Assembly: GCA_030324005.1 (NCBI GenBank)
Contig: JARDVH010000099.1
Location: 41,515,289-41,579,288 of the forward strand
Direction of reading: 5' to 3'
DNA from: Negaprion brevirostris
Taxonomy: Eukaryota
DNA: 64,000 bases
Numbering within the stretch: position 1 is the stretch's first letter; every line of letters starts with the position of its first letter. Positions 24,945 through 37,917 of this stretch are shown here, in pieces. The translations under genes were made by a program, and so were the position numbers. The notes beneath the pieces are model-generated. The model was not told where the DNA came from and made no database searches. It worked only from the letters and a program-made list of their open reading frames with translations.

Positions 24945-25830
24945 AGAACATAGAACATAGAACACTACAGCACAAACAGGCCCTTCGGCCCACGAGTTGC
25001 GCCGATCACATCAACANNNNNNNNNNNNNNNNNNNNNNNNNNNNNNNNNNNNNNNNNNNNNNNNNNNNNNNNNNNNNNNNNNNNNNNNNNNNNNNNNNNN
25101 NNNNNNNNNNNNNNNNNNNNNNNNNNNNNNNNNNNNNNNNNNNNNNNNNNNNNNNNNNNNNNNNNNNNNNNNNNNNNNNNNNNNNNNNNNNNNNNNNNNN
25201 NNNNNNNNNNNNNNNNNNNNNNNNNNNNNNNNNNNNNNNNNNNNNNNNNNNNNNNNNNNNNNNNNNNNNNNNNNNNNNNNNNNNNNNNNNNNNNNNNNNN
25301 NNNNNNNNNNNNNNNNNNNNNNNNNNNNNNNNNNNNNNNNNNNNNNNNNNNNNNNNNNNNNNNNNNNNNNNNNNNNNNNNNNNNNNNNNNNNNNNNNNNN
25401 NNNNNNNNNNNNNNNNNNNNNNNNNNNNNNNNNNNNNNNNNNNNNNNNNNNNNNNNNNNNNNNNNNNNNNNNNNNNNNNNNNNNNNCTGCGGTGCCCTGG
25501 ACTGAACTCAAGACACGACCTCTGGCTCATCCAAATGTTCCACAAAGGTCCAGGCAATAAATTCCCTGCCTCTATCCTTTATTTTTCCATTGGCAAAGCC
25601 AAGGATTCCATGTACGCGTTCAACGGCCTTCTCGATTTATCCTCCCACCATCAAGGGCAGACGCTTTCAGACCTCTCTGCTGCTGAAGATGTCCCCCCAC
25701 AGGGCAGGGGTGTCACCCACTACGCCTTGTTGCTCTCCCACCAAAATGCACCACTTCATATCCCCTCTAATTCATCTGTCTTGTGCCCAGCGATGCCCGT
25801 GTATTGTGCCATATCCCAAGAATGAATTTT
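24945..25830 (-). mobile_element. CR1 LINE 3' portion
   Basis: Tail agaacatagaacatagaacactacagcacaaacaggcccttcggccc. After the gap come CR1 ORF2-like reverse sequences (gccaaggattccatgtacgc, aaatgcaccacttcata). Confidence 0.75.
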
Positions 25831-26345
25831 AAAAAAAAGTTATTTTGCAACTTTTGTCCATAAATTATTTGTTTCCCCGCCCACACCCCTTTCCTCCACC
25901 CCTCCCCACCCTCTCCTCGCTCTGAATTCCCAGTGTCTGAGTGTTGATAACATTTTGACACTAGATCCATTCGAACAGATGTAATTTCAGGATTCGAATC
26001 AGTGCCAAAGTGTTTAAGACGTCATAGCTGACTGGGATTTCAGGAACTTGCAGCGCAGGAACTCAAATGCACATTTGAGTTCCAAAATTTGAGTTCCAAA
26101 TTTGAGTCACCAAAATTTGGGTGAAAAAGAAACAAGCCCACCTTTGTTGGCAAGATAGACAGAAAAGGAATCCGCGCTGCTTAATCAGACAGAGCTGTCC
26201 ATTCCGATCTGTCAACGCAGCTCTGTAACTAAAAGCGAAGATTAAAGTGGCAAGTTACTTGCATTTCCTTCACAGAATCACATGAATGATAAAAAAAACC
26301 CAAAATATTGTTAATGACATGATTCAGATCTAAGGAAGTGAAGTA

Positions 26346-26687
26346 CGATAGGGTGGCACAGCAGTTAGCACTGCTGCCTCATAGCATCAGCAACCTGGGT
26401 TCGATTCCTGGTTTGGGTCACTGTCTGTGTGGAATTTGCACATTCTCCTCGTGCCTGTGTGGGTTTCCTCCGGGTGCTCCAGTTTCCTCCCACAGTCCAA
26501 AGATGTGTGGGTTAGGTTGATTAGTCACACTAAAATTGCCCCTTAGTGTCCTGAGATGTGTAGGTTAGAGGGATTGGTGGTTAAATATATAGGGATATGG
26601 GGGTGGGGCCTGGGTGGGACTGTGGTTGGTGCAGACTTGATGGGCCAAGTGGCATCTTTGTGTACTGTAGGGTTTCTATGGTTCTAT
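26346..26687 (+). mobile_element. HE1-type tRNA SINE with CR1-like tail
   Basis: ggtggcacagcagttagcactgctgcctca (box A), gggttcgattcc (box B), central domain, and tail gatgggccaagtggc...tgtagggtttctatggttctat. Confidence 0.88.
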
Positions 26688-28365
26688 ATTGCTCACCATT
26701 CATTGTCCCATTGGCTGTGGCATTGTAATCCTCTACACAGTCTCACGGTTTTACCCAACTTGGGCACCACTATGAATGGGGTCCAGTCCAATTTCAGCTT
26801 GCAAAGTCAATCTCCTCGCACTGATGTTTCTTTGTTGATATTTCTCATCACAATGTTGGGTGACTTAAGAGACTTGGCCTGCTATTGGACATTGCACGTC
26901 ACTTGTCCACACATTTTTAGCACATCAGAGTAGGTTTTCAATTGAACCGTGCTTTTAGTAAGAGGTACATCATTGAATTTATTCTTGTATGTGTTTCCAC
27001 GGTCATGTTCCAGTATATTCTGAACTTTAAACTAATTTTTGCATTTCTATATTAACCACAAAAAGCCTGCAAAATGATAGTCACCTGAGGATGACCTGAT
27101 CTTTTTTGTTGATTAAAACATTCACCTGTCTCTACATGAATCAAAAGGAACTGTTCAGACTGATGTTGACTCAATGCATTTTCCTGGAACTAGTTCAAAA
27201 GTGTAATTTCAAATTGAATGGGTCATTCAACTACAAATAATCTAACTGTTTCAATCTTCCAAAGTGTGAAAACACAATGCAGAATGTATAATTGACCTAA
27301 CTGCTGGAATGATGAGGCAGTCATTATTTCTGTCTAACTTTAAAATATCTAGAATCTGTTATATAGAGACCAAGTTCAATTAGAAAGCCATCGAACCAGC
27401 TGCAAGTCATATAAGCTGCCAAGGTAATAAATAGCAATACCTAGAAAGTAGGAGAAGGACACCCCCAATCTGTTCCAATCTTGAGTTCACCTCAGAACAA
27501 ACCTCCTGGAATTTGGACTACAAGAATCCTTGCATTGTATCTTCTGCTTTACAAGACCTTCATTACAATTAAAGCATCAACTCTTCTAAGAAATTACAGA
27601 CCAGGGATGAAAGAGACTGAGACATTCATAAATTGTGGTGGTATCATTTTACCTTCAAGTATGTCTGGTCTTAGTATGTGCAATAGTTTGAGAGTTGAGT
27701 GAGTGAGATGTCATGTTTTAAGTGTCCAGGGAACATGTGAGATAATAAATAGCCTTCCTTATGTAAAAACTCACATAAAGCTTGCTGCTGGAAATTATTT
27801 AATTTGGGACAACCACACTGAGGGTAAGAAAATGCACAGCTTTTACACACAAACATATTGATTCATGGGCACTAAAAAGGAACAAANNNNNNNNNNTAAT
27901 CTACCAACACCTTTGATCGTGAGTCCCCGTAATTCGAGTGTTTGCTAGTGGCACAGAGGTTGTGCGGTCTGATCTTTTCTTCACTGAAACCCTCTGGATT
28001 CACCTCAAGATTGGGAACTCCATACATAAGGCATCACTATTTTCCATTACCACTGAATGAGTTCACTTTCCTGCTATGTCTTCACTTGGCAAGCTGTTCC
28101 AAAATGGCCTACATTTTGGCATTTAAAGCATTTGGTATTTCCATTCTCGGACTGTGAAATTGTGGCTGTCATTACAGCACTAACAAGTCACTAAACTATT
28201 ATCATTTGCATTCTTCTGGCCAAGTGTCTCTATTTTGGGTTTGGCAGAAGCCTTCTGACTGGGCAGAACTGTACTAGTCACTTGCATGAGACAAAATTCC
28301 TGAGCATTCTTTGATGCTATAATAAAAGCTATCTTGCATGCCAGATCGGATACAATATTTTTTGT

Positions 28366-28630
28366 TAAAGTTTATTTATTAGTCACAAGTAGGCTTACAT
28401 TAACACTGCAATGAAGTTACTGTGAAAATTCTCTAGTTGCACACTCCAGTGAATGTTTGGATACACTGAGGGAGAATTTAGCATAGCCAATGCACCTAAC
28501 CCGCACATATTTGGACTGTGGGAGGAAACCGGAGCACCCGGAGGTACAGGGAGAACGTGCAAACTCTAAACAGGTAGTGATGCAAGTCAGGATTGGACTT
28601 GGGTCCCTGACATTGTGAGGCAGCAATGGT
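28366..28630 (-). mobile_element. HE1-type SINE, alternative-tail variant
   Basis: Same tail (tttatttattagtcacaagtaggcttacattaacactgcaatgaag on +) and central domain as 24038-24347. Confidence 0.85.
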
Positions 28631-30799
28631 TCCTTTAGAAGCTTTAGTCGGATTTTTTGTCCATAAATCCAAACACAAATCTGTTTCATAATAGAAGATC
28701 TAAGAATGAGCCTGTCTTGCAATATAATAATCAATTCTTCAGTGTCATAACGAACTCAGTAAATGTTTTGCTACATTTCTGGTTTCTGATTCTCTGTTAT
28801 TTGAATTGAAGTGCTCCTTGAATCTGACAATAGATCTTTTGTAAGGCATTTTTGCCTTGTTAAGAGCAACAAGCTTTATTTCCATGCCATTCACTTCTGG
28901 ACCAAAGCTCCATTAGCAAAATTGTTTTTTCTCTGCTCAAGAATTATGAAATTCTGAGTCTGAGCCTCTTTAACTTTACTTTTTGGATGCTAAAATGTTA
29001 TTAGTTCTGAAAAATACATCAATTATTTCAGCATTAACTGAATAATTCTTGAGCTCTCTCATATGTTCCTATCATTCCAATATATCCCATGGGTGCAACC
29101 ACGTTCTCCCATTTTAGATTCAGCATTGATGCAGTAATTTCACATTAATTGTAACAGTGATATAGAATGACTATGATTGTCTGTAACAGTGATATAGAAT
29201 TCAAGTCAGCCTGGATAGAACAAACTCATCAAACACTAGATGGACACTAAGACCCTGCAGCAGCCCATTCAACTGAATGTACTATGGATGTCATGCACAG
29301 TGAGATTTAGTAGAACCCAGCTGAAATGTCCACCAGCCCTGCAGGTAGATCATTTGCACACCAGCTGATTTTGTTCATCACAGATGCCAATTGCTGCCAA
29401 TATTTTTGTACTTTGATCCCCTCGTCCTCATTGTCAAAAGCTGTTAAATACTGGGAGACATTTACAAAAGAAGAAAGACATGAAATGGCCGGTTCATATG
29501 TTTAATTGTGTCATTGTGCACTATGCATTCGCATAACATACAAATTACTCCTTTAGATATAGGGTTTATTAAATACTTGCAAAGATCTCTTGCATGCATC
29601 CACAGAGTGGATGCGTGAAATTGCACTTAGTGAATAATAGTTGTCTGCAAACATGAATTGCATGTAGCTGTAATGGCGCTGACACACATGACCCCAATAG
29701 AGCCGCATTTGACAGCAGGCCCACATGTCAGGTGCTGTACCTCCAATGAATGCAAATTCTGGTCAGCGGCACCCAGCTATAAGTTATTCGCTGCTGGGCA
29801 TGCCCTTCACAGAAAAGGGATGAAGTCAAGGGCACCGGGAACTTGCAAGAGGCATTAGGATACCAAAGTGCTGGCTTCTTTTTCTCTCCCATCTTTATGA
29901 AAGCGACCCTCAGGCACAGATAACAGAGCAAATTTCTTGTTGTTTTCTTTTGAGGTAATGTTTGTGCTATCATTTGTACAGTTGTATTTATATTTTACTG
30001 TTCGTGTTCTATTTGAATCTTGCTTTTAAGCATTAGCCTATAGTCATTCTGAACTGTTCAAAATAATTTTATTATGGTGAACCATTTTACTGTCACAACA
30101 GTTTATAACGTAGGAATAATTATTTAACACAAATTGTATTAAAAGTCTCGCATGGCGTGCCTCAAGTTTACATTGTTCAGCAATAACCAACGAAAATATT
30201 TGCAATGAGGATTTGTTGGTAAATTTAAATGTACCATGTTTCATTTTGCTGCAAAAAGACAGGGATTTTGCCACTCTAGTCTTTTAGAAAGGAAACCTGC
30301 TTTTTTGAAATTATTCAGTGCGGGATCATGTAAACTGGATTTTAAAGCATCATATGCATTTTTCAAGTCAGCCCATCTTGATTAAATATGCATTTAAAAA
30401 TCACTTCAATCTTGTTAAAGTCAGCTAAATAAACCCCATTTAAGAAGTTTGATTAGTCATGATAAAAAGTTACATTTAACAAATAAAACTCAACATTTAA
30501 CATGCTGCTTTTAGTCCCTTCTTAGAATAGTGGATCTGATCCTGAGAATGCTTGATGTTTGCTAATACCAGCTCTGAAAAAATCCATCTGAAATGTGGTG
30601 ATTTTTTAGTCAATCATTCAAATTTTTCAGTATGTGCCTGGCACTTGAAGGTTGTCAGAACTATCAGCGCAGACTCTAGTGGAGTGGGTCACGCACTGCA
30701 ACTTCTGATTTTTTGGCAAAAGTCTGCACACCAGATTGGGCCAGATTTAGTGATCCCAATAATGGCAATGAGTCCTTTGTACCAGTGTTTACTAAAAGG

Positions 30800-31212
30800 A
30801 TACTGACAACATATTGATAGAAGTGGAGATGGTAGTTGGAATAGAAATAGATTAGTAGGATGTGGGTTATACTTAAGAGTGGATAAGTTGACTGTCCTGG
30901 ATGGCTTGCATTTCAGGTTGCTTGGGAAGTTGAGGTTCGGATAGCAGAAGGGCTTGCTTTAATCTTCTAACCTTTTCTAGTTAAGTGGAGAGGAGTCAAA
31001 ATATTAGAAAGTGGTAAATGTGATACCCCTGTTCAAGAATGGGTGTATGGACATTCCATAACTACAGATTGGTCAGTTTAGCATCAGTGTGAGGTGGGGG
31101 AAGTAATATGCACTTGGAGAAGTTTGAGTTAATTAAGGAGACCCAGCATGGGTTTGTACGAATAAGATGATGTTTGTAATAAAGAAGGTTGACGAATAAG
31201 ATTCAGTGAATG
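30800..31212 (+). repeat. Direct duplication copy 1 (old CR1 sequence)
   Basis: atactgacaacatatt...gattcagtgaatg aligns along its length with 31945-32391. Confidence 0.9.
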
Positions 31213-31944
31213 CCATGGCCTGAATTACAACATGCAGCTCCTGCATATCAATCTGGGGCAAATTCCGATCTCCCTGCAGGCGTTGCCCGTCTTTTATCAG
31301 ACCTCACGGTCTGGAACACGGTCACCTTGCAACGTGGCTCTCCCCCGTCAGGAATAGCAGCTCTCGTGTGGGAGCCGCTGCTCAGGAATCCACTCCTCCA
31401 GCCGTATAACTCAGGTGGCTGGTGCAGGGGAGGGCTNNNNNNNNNNNNNNNNNNNNNNNNNNNNNNNNNNNNNNNNNNNNNNNNNNNNNNNNNNNNNNNN
31501 NNNNNNNNNNNNNNNNNNNNNNNNNNNNNNNNNNNNAAAACCTTTATTGGTGTTTTGTTTGCACTTCAGTCCCATGCTTCTGATCTGTGGGCACCCGATG
31601 CTGAAAGGGGTGGGTCGGGATGGCAACCTCATGAACCTTCTCCTGGGCCTGGCAAGACGTGCCATCAATAGGTCCAGGCAGTGGGCGAGTGACAGGGTGA
31701 TCCATCCTGACTACATTCACGGCCAGCTGTCCCTGGAGAGGGAGCATGTGGTGTCCACGGGTACAGTTGACACCTTCCCCACCTGCTGGGCAGCACAGGG
31801 ACTGGGGTGTATTATTGGCCCCAACAATCACCTCTTTGATCTCATGTTTAAGTTTCCTTTGTACTTTGTTTTTTTGTTTGGGCTGTTCCCCCTCCCTTTG
31901 TTCTTATGTTAATGAGTTAGTTTATTTGGTTTGTATAAAAAGAA
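31213..31944 (+). mobile_element. Tx1/L1-clade LINE, 5'-truncated 3' fragment
   Basis: HFSPMLLICGHPMLKGVGRDGNLMNLLLGLARRAINRSRQ...LSLEREHVVSTG...CWAAQG resembles a Tx1-type ORF2 C-terminus. A T-rich 3' UTR ends in tataaaaagaa. Confidence 0.7.
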
Positions 31945-33440
31945 ATACTGACAACATATTATTAGAAGTGGAGATGGTAGCTGGAATGAAAATTGATTAG
32001 TAGGATGTGGGTTATAATCAAGAGTGGATAAGTTGACTGTCCTGGATGGCTTGCATTTCAGGTTGCTTGGGAAGTTGACGTGGGGATAGCCGAAGGGCTT
32101 GCTTTAATTTTCTAACCTTTCCTAGTTAAATGGAGAGGAGCCAAAATATTAGGAAGTGACAAATGTGATACCCTTGTTCAATAAAGGGTATACGGACATT
32201 CTATAACTACAGATTGCTCAGTTTAGGATCAGTGTTAAGGTTTTAGAAATAGCAGGGGGGGGCAGGAAGTGCGGAGAAGTTTTAATATGCACTTGGAGAA
32301 GTTTGAGTTAATTAAGGAGAACCAGCATGGATTTGTACCAATAAGATGGTGTTTGTAACAAAGAAGAATGACGAAGAAGATTCAGTGAATGTCTTTTATA
32401 TGAAGTTTTAAGAAGTGTTTTACAAAGTACTACATCAATGACTGGTTAACACAATTAAAGTTCATTGGTCATTGTCAATTTGGATTTTTAAAAGATGGCT
32501 TAAGAGCAGAAAACAAGTCATGGAAAATGTTTGTTTCTCAGTCTGTAGGATAGCAGACAGTAGTGTTCCCTTAGAGTCAGTGCTTGACTTGGGAAAGTGT
32601 AAAATTTCAAAACGTATATAGAATACTGAAATTGAGGTGTGGCAAACAATGAGGAAGATACCACTTGACTGCAAGAGTACATAGATCAGCTAGCAGATGG
32701 AATTTAATACAGAGAAGTGAGAGGCAGATTTACTTTGTCAGTAAGGATTGGGAGAGGCATTGTTTGCCGAATGACAGTTCTAAAGTGTACAAGGACAGAA
32801 GGATCGCAATGTATATTTGTATAGATCTTTGAAGGTGGCAAGGCATTTTGAAAGTAGTTTGCAAAGCACACAGGATCTTAGGGTCTCAAAAATTGAAGTA
32901 TTGACTATAAAAGCAGGAAGTTATGCTGAATCTTTATAAAGACCTGGTAAAACCACAACTGGATTATTACAAACAGTGCTGGTCACCACACTTTCAGAAG
33001 GATGTGAAGATCCTTGAGAAGTTGTAGAGATTTTCCAGAATGATTCCGGGTTTCAGATATTTGAGCTATAAGGTTAGGTTGGAGAATTCTCTTTGGAGCA
33101 AAAGTAGTTGTGGGTGTACAAGATGACAGGCTTGGATAAGATAAAAATATTCCCATAAGCTGATGCCACAGGATGCAGGCTTAAGATTTAGGGCAAAACT
33201 TACAGGGGGATATGAGGAAGAACATTTTTATGCAGTGAATGGGAATGACTCTGAATTAGTTGGCCCGAGGATAGTGGAAGCGGAGATGAACAGTGATTTC
33301 AAAAAGAAATTGGATATACACCAGAAAAGTGAACTTGCAATGACTACAAGTATGGAGAAGGAGAATAGGGCTGATTATGTTGCTCTATAAGAGTGCTGCA
33401 TGTGCTTGATGGGCTGAATGGCCTTCTGTACCATGATAAC
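31945..33440 (+). mobile_element. Old CR1 LINE (RT to 3' tail); 31945-32391 is duplication copy 2
   Basis: Decayed CR1 motifs (cagcatggatttgt, cagatggaatttaatacagagaagtg, ctttataaagacctggtaaaaccacaactgga) and tail gatgggctgaatggccttctgtacc. Confidence 0.8.
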
Positions 33441-36289
33441 TCCAGCCCAGAAAGGGCAGGCATGGAAAGTGGTGCAATGATGTTGGTAAGTTTGTATTAA
33501 ACTAATGTAGAAATAGATAGGAATCAGTAAAATAGCATTGTGTCATTTTAAGGGATTTCCGAAGCTGTGAGCCCCCACATCCCTTGGGCAAACTGCCAGC
33601 TTCATGGAAACAGCCACTCTGCAACAGTCCAAAAGCCAGCATTACCTTAGTCTCCAGATCCACAGAGAATGCCACAGGCAGAGCCCATGGTCCCAAAAAT
33701 CCTCCGAGGAGCATACCCTCCAATTGACAGGACCTCCCCCACTCTCAGCCATCCTAAATTTTAATTTGTACTTAGCTCTACAAGATCTTCAAACTGCCTC
33801 AATTTAGAAACAATGGGGGAGGGGGTGGAAGTAATATGTGCTTCTCCCAGTTCCACTGCTGGGGCTTCAGAGCTGTGACGGCATAAGGAACCCACCTGCT
33901 GCAGGCGATCATTTAGAAGGCTGCTCACAGTAAAAATCACTGAATCAAACCTACTGCCAGTAAGTGGAGGTTTAGGACCCACGTTTAAACCTAATGTCAG
34001 GGTTCCAGAGCATGCAGCAAAATTCAGCCTTATGACTTAATCCCTTAATATCCTTACTTCTAATTAGGCGTTCATCTCCCTTTCAAACATCTCACCAGTG
34101 TCTGTTTTTATGGCCATCTCAGTCAGTTCCATATCTTCAGAGCCATTTTTGTGAAGACATTTTCTTGTATTTGGTGTCAACCTGTAAGTGATTGGACTTT
34201 AAAGATGTATTCCCTTGTTCTGGATTCTCTTAAGAGCAATGTTTCCTACCTACTTTCCCAATACTCTTGTGTTTTAAACACTTTAATCACATCACCCCTA
34301 GCATCCCTAGCTTTGGAGAATAAGAAACAAGTTTAGAGTGTTTCAATTCACTGCTAATTTCAGAGAATGTTAATTCAAATCCCGCTATGGCAGTTTGACC
34401 ATTTGAATTCTGTTCATAATCTGGAAATAAAAAGCTGGCAGTGATTATGAAACAGTCAGATGTTATGAAATAAGGACAGTTCATTAATATACTTATGAAA
34501 GAAAATCTTGTTGGTTCTCAGTCTCTTTTATGTGAGTCATGTCCTATAGCAACTCAGCAAACTCAACTGCTGCCTGAAGTGGCCTAGTATGTCATTTCTT
34601 TGAATCAAACAAGTAAAAGGCTGACCGTCATCTTTCTAGTTCAACGAAGGATGGACAATAAATACCAATAACATTNNNNNNNNNNNNNNNNNNNNNNNNN
34701 NNNNNNNNNNNNNNNNNNNNNNNNNNNNNNNNNNNNNNNNNNNNNNNNNNNNNNNNNNNNNNNNNNNNNNNNNNNCAATAACATTCACATCCCAAAAAAA
34801 TTGTGGAAAATCTTGAGAAATTGAGGAGTCAGTCAAAATTTCCTTCCATGATGTACAGAATATCTTGTGGGGCTGTCTGACCTCATCATGCACTAGAGTT
34901 CCCAACATGCAAGTCTATTCTTGTATCTCTAAGTGTTTTATTCCTTCTTTCTTGTAGTGGAATTGGAAAGGCAGTGGTCATTTAGAAGTTTTGCTCGATG
35001 GTATCTGTGCATATTTGAAGGGATTCTGTAGAAGTCTTAACAGAGGTCTAGTACTTAATGGGAGCATAAAACAGCACAAAACCTAATGTCACCTCTTGCT
35101 ACTTCACTCAGAAGTTAAAAAAAAGTTCCTCCCATTAGGGTGGGATGTTTTGTCCAACAATGGGAATGACGCTTTTGGAGCAGAACAAGACCGGACAGTG
35201 CTTGAAGCTGGTGCATTTTTTTTTACAAAAATACAGCTTTGATACAAGTTGTGAAAAATGGCCATTAAATGTTACATTTTGTAGAATGTGGATTCTAGGT
35301 TGGATACTGAATTGGTTACATTAGACAGGAGATGGTTATTAATCCTGTCAGCTCTGCTTGGAACTACTTAGTGATCCTACAGGCATCCACTGCTCTTCAC
35401 AATTCTTAATGGTCAACACCACAGCATTGGCAAGAGCATCAACAAGTTTGCTGGTGACATGCAGTTAGGGAACTACATTAACTAATTAGATGCTGAGCAG
35501 AAAAACCTAGAAGTTTGGAGACCCATTAACAGTGTCATGATGCTGTTACAAAAATATATAAACTGGTATTCATCTCAAGAATATAGTTCTTGTACAAGGT
35601 TTTGGACTGGTTTAGTTTAGAATACTGTCTCCAATTGTGGTTCCTTCACAAAGTGGGGCACAGAGGCTCTGAAAAATATTCAAAGGAGGCCCACTTTTTT
35701 GATGATTAGTTTTTAGAGTCCTCAGCTTAGAGAACTTGGCTTTTTTACTCAACTACAGATTTTGTGGCGATATGATTGAGGTCTTCNNNNNNNNNNNNNN
35801 NNNNNNNNNNNNNNNNNNNNNNNNNNNNNNNNNNNNNNNNNNNATACAAGTTTTATGATAAGATTTATAAGATAAGAATTTTATGGCCAGTAGCATTTGC
35901 AACTGACAGATTTAGGCAGGGCATTAACAGCTAGCTGACAAAAGTGGCCATGTAAATTTTAGATCCAGTTCAGGTCTAATCAGTGTCAACAATTTAAAGC
36001 TCTGTAATTTGGCAATTATTGGGCGCCCTCGAATGCAACAAGGATTACTGGTATGGAAAATTAAAATACCAATGCACATAATTTACGTCACTTTAGATTA
36101 ATATATATTATTGTTAAACATTCCAATCTTGCATCAAATCTACTGAAGTTGAATTCCTGAAAAATCAGCAAGGGTCTTTCCATGGGTGATAAATGTATTG
36201 ATTATGAAGCAGTTAGAAAGCAAATATGACGGATTGAGGCAAAAGTTCCTATAATGTACACAAACTGCATTTAGCTCTAAAACAGAAGG

Positions 36290-36295
36290 TTTATT
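36290..36295 (-). terminator. Probable polyadenylation signal (AATAAA) of the SPTBN1 long isoform
   Basis: tttatt on + lies ~1.1 kb after the stop and is followed on - by U/GU-rich sequence (cagtttgtgtac). Further AATAAA signals occur at ~36810 and ~37112. Confidence 0.5.
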
Positions 36296-37383
36296 GAAAC
36301 TTATACATGAATACCCATGGCACAATAAGTTTTAAAAGCATTTAATGACATCGCACATTTTAACAGATAGGGTAAAGTCTACAGGTGCAGTCCCATACAA
36401 CTGAAAGCCTGTTGTACTACATGACTACCGGCCCAGCCTTTGCAAGGATTCATTCCTATTATGTATCCTGATTGTGCAGTAAGATGACATTTTCATTACA
36501 ATAGTTACAATGACAAATACACACTATGTATCAAATAGTAAGGTAATGTAGCAAAATTATGACACGCAGTGCTTTAGCCAACAAGCAAATAACCATTTGA
36601 GTAACATTACTTTTCCAGATAATGAATCCCCACTTCAACACTTAACATCAATGCTTGAAAGGTTTTAATATACATCTAAAGTTTTATACTTTGTACTAGA
36701 ATTATTTGAAACATACAGTATAATGCAATTGAGCAACAAAAAAAAGTTAAAATTACAGATTATTTAAAAGTGAATCAGTATACTAATTCATTCTTATATA
36801 CCAACGTTCTTTATTCTCGCCTGCTGCACAAAGATCCAGCAGTTTTTGTGAATATCTGCTGCCAGGCTAACATGATTTTTTTTTAATTGAAATGCAAATT
36901 AATGCACATTTGCCTTTTGTTATAGCAAAGATGATACAATATACTTTTTAAATAAATGGAAATTTCTACTAGCCAAGACTCAGGATAGCAACTTTAATAA
37001 ATTGAATTCAACAAGTATTTTGGATCTTTTTAATACAATTTCCATGTGCACAATAAGAGTTTTCAAAAGCACCGCTGCCTTGCATTCCAGTAGCACATGG
37101 ATGTAGGTTGTTTTATTTCCAAGACAGCCTCACAAAATTGAGGAGAAATTTAGATATTTGGACCCTAAACTACATACAAATCATCAACAACTGGTCCTTT
37201 CATTTTTAAATGAAAATTGCCCAATGCACCTCATTTTCTACAGATTAGCAACACACTGATGCTTTCTGTGAATTAAAATTAACTGGCTTGAGGGACATTA
37301 GGCACAGTGTGTAATGTATTGGTTCTAAACGCTCATGCTAGAGTTTTGTTGGTAATGTAAGAAGTGCAGGCTGCTGAGTTGCT

Positions 37384-37599
37384 CTACTTCTTTTTGCTAA
37401 ACAGACTGAATCGTTTCTCTTTGTCTTTCTCTTTATCTTTCTCTCGTCTGCCAGGACTGGATTCACCTGCTAAGACGACACTAGCTGGCAGGGTCTGCGC
37501 ACGGCTAGCTGCTGGGGTACTCTGGCTGCTTGGAATTGCCTCGCTCTTATCTGCGGACACAGCTGAAGTAATAGCTTGAATCCAGCTGTTCATTTCCTC
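37384..37599 (-). CDS. SPTBN1: Spectrin beta non-erythrocytic 1, last coding exon (PH C-terminal helix and tail)
   Basis: Acceptor aaatag|GAG. Translates as EEMNSWIQAITSAVS...SRAQTLPASVV...EKDKEKDKEKRFSLFSKKK* (beta-II spectrin C-terminus). Confidence 0.96.
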   Translation of the reverse strand, partial: EEMNSWIQAITSAVSADKSEAIPSSQSTPAASRAQTLPASVVLAGESSPGRREKDKEKDKEKRFSLFSKKK

Positions 37600-37874
37600 C
37601 TATTTAACAAAGTAAGTAGTCACCAAGTTAAAAGATATTTTCATAGTACTGACATCAATACTCTGTCCTATTAATCAGTAAATAAATGTTGTGTGACTAT
37701 AGACAAAGTGCATTACACTGGAAGGGCTTTATACAGTTGGGAAAAATTCAAGCTAAGAAAAAAAGGTTCATATACACAGGAAGATATTAATGAACAATAA
37801 ACTATCCAGTTTATTAAAATGTAAAATAAGAAAATAAATGCCTTATATTGTTTATGGCAGACTTAGAAACTTAC

Positions 37875-37917
37875 ATCATCTTTGGCTTGGAAGAGATATT
37901 CATTGCCATCGCTCAGC
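37875..37917 (-). CDS. SPTBN1: SPTBN1 exon (PH domain), 43 nt
   Basis: aacag|G CTG AGC GAT GGC AAT GAA TAT CTC TTC CAA GCC AAA GAT GAT|gtaagt = LSDGNEYLFQAKDD. Phases match both neighbours. Confidence 0.95.

Noticed and set aside
26870-29100. Coding-like texture on the minus strand (e.g. QQQALCEFLHKEGYLLSHMFPGHL)
   Set aside because: Riddled with stops and with no motif I can assign. It may be an ancient transposase remnant but cannot be supported without a profile search.
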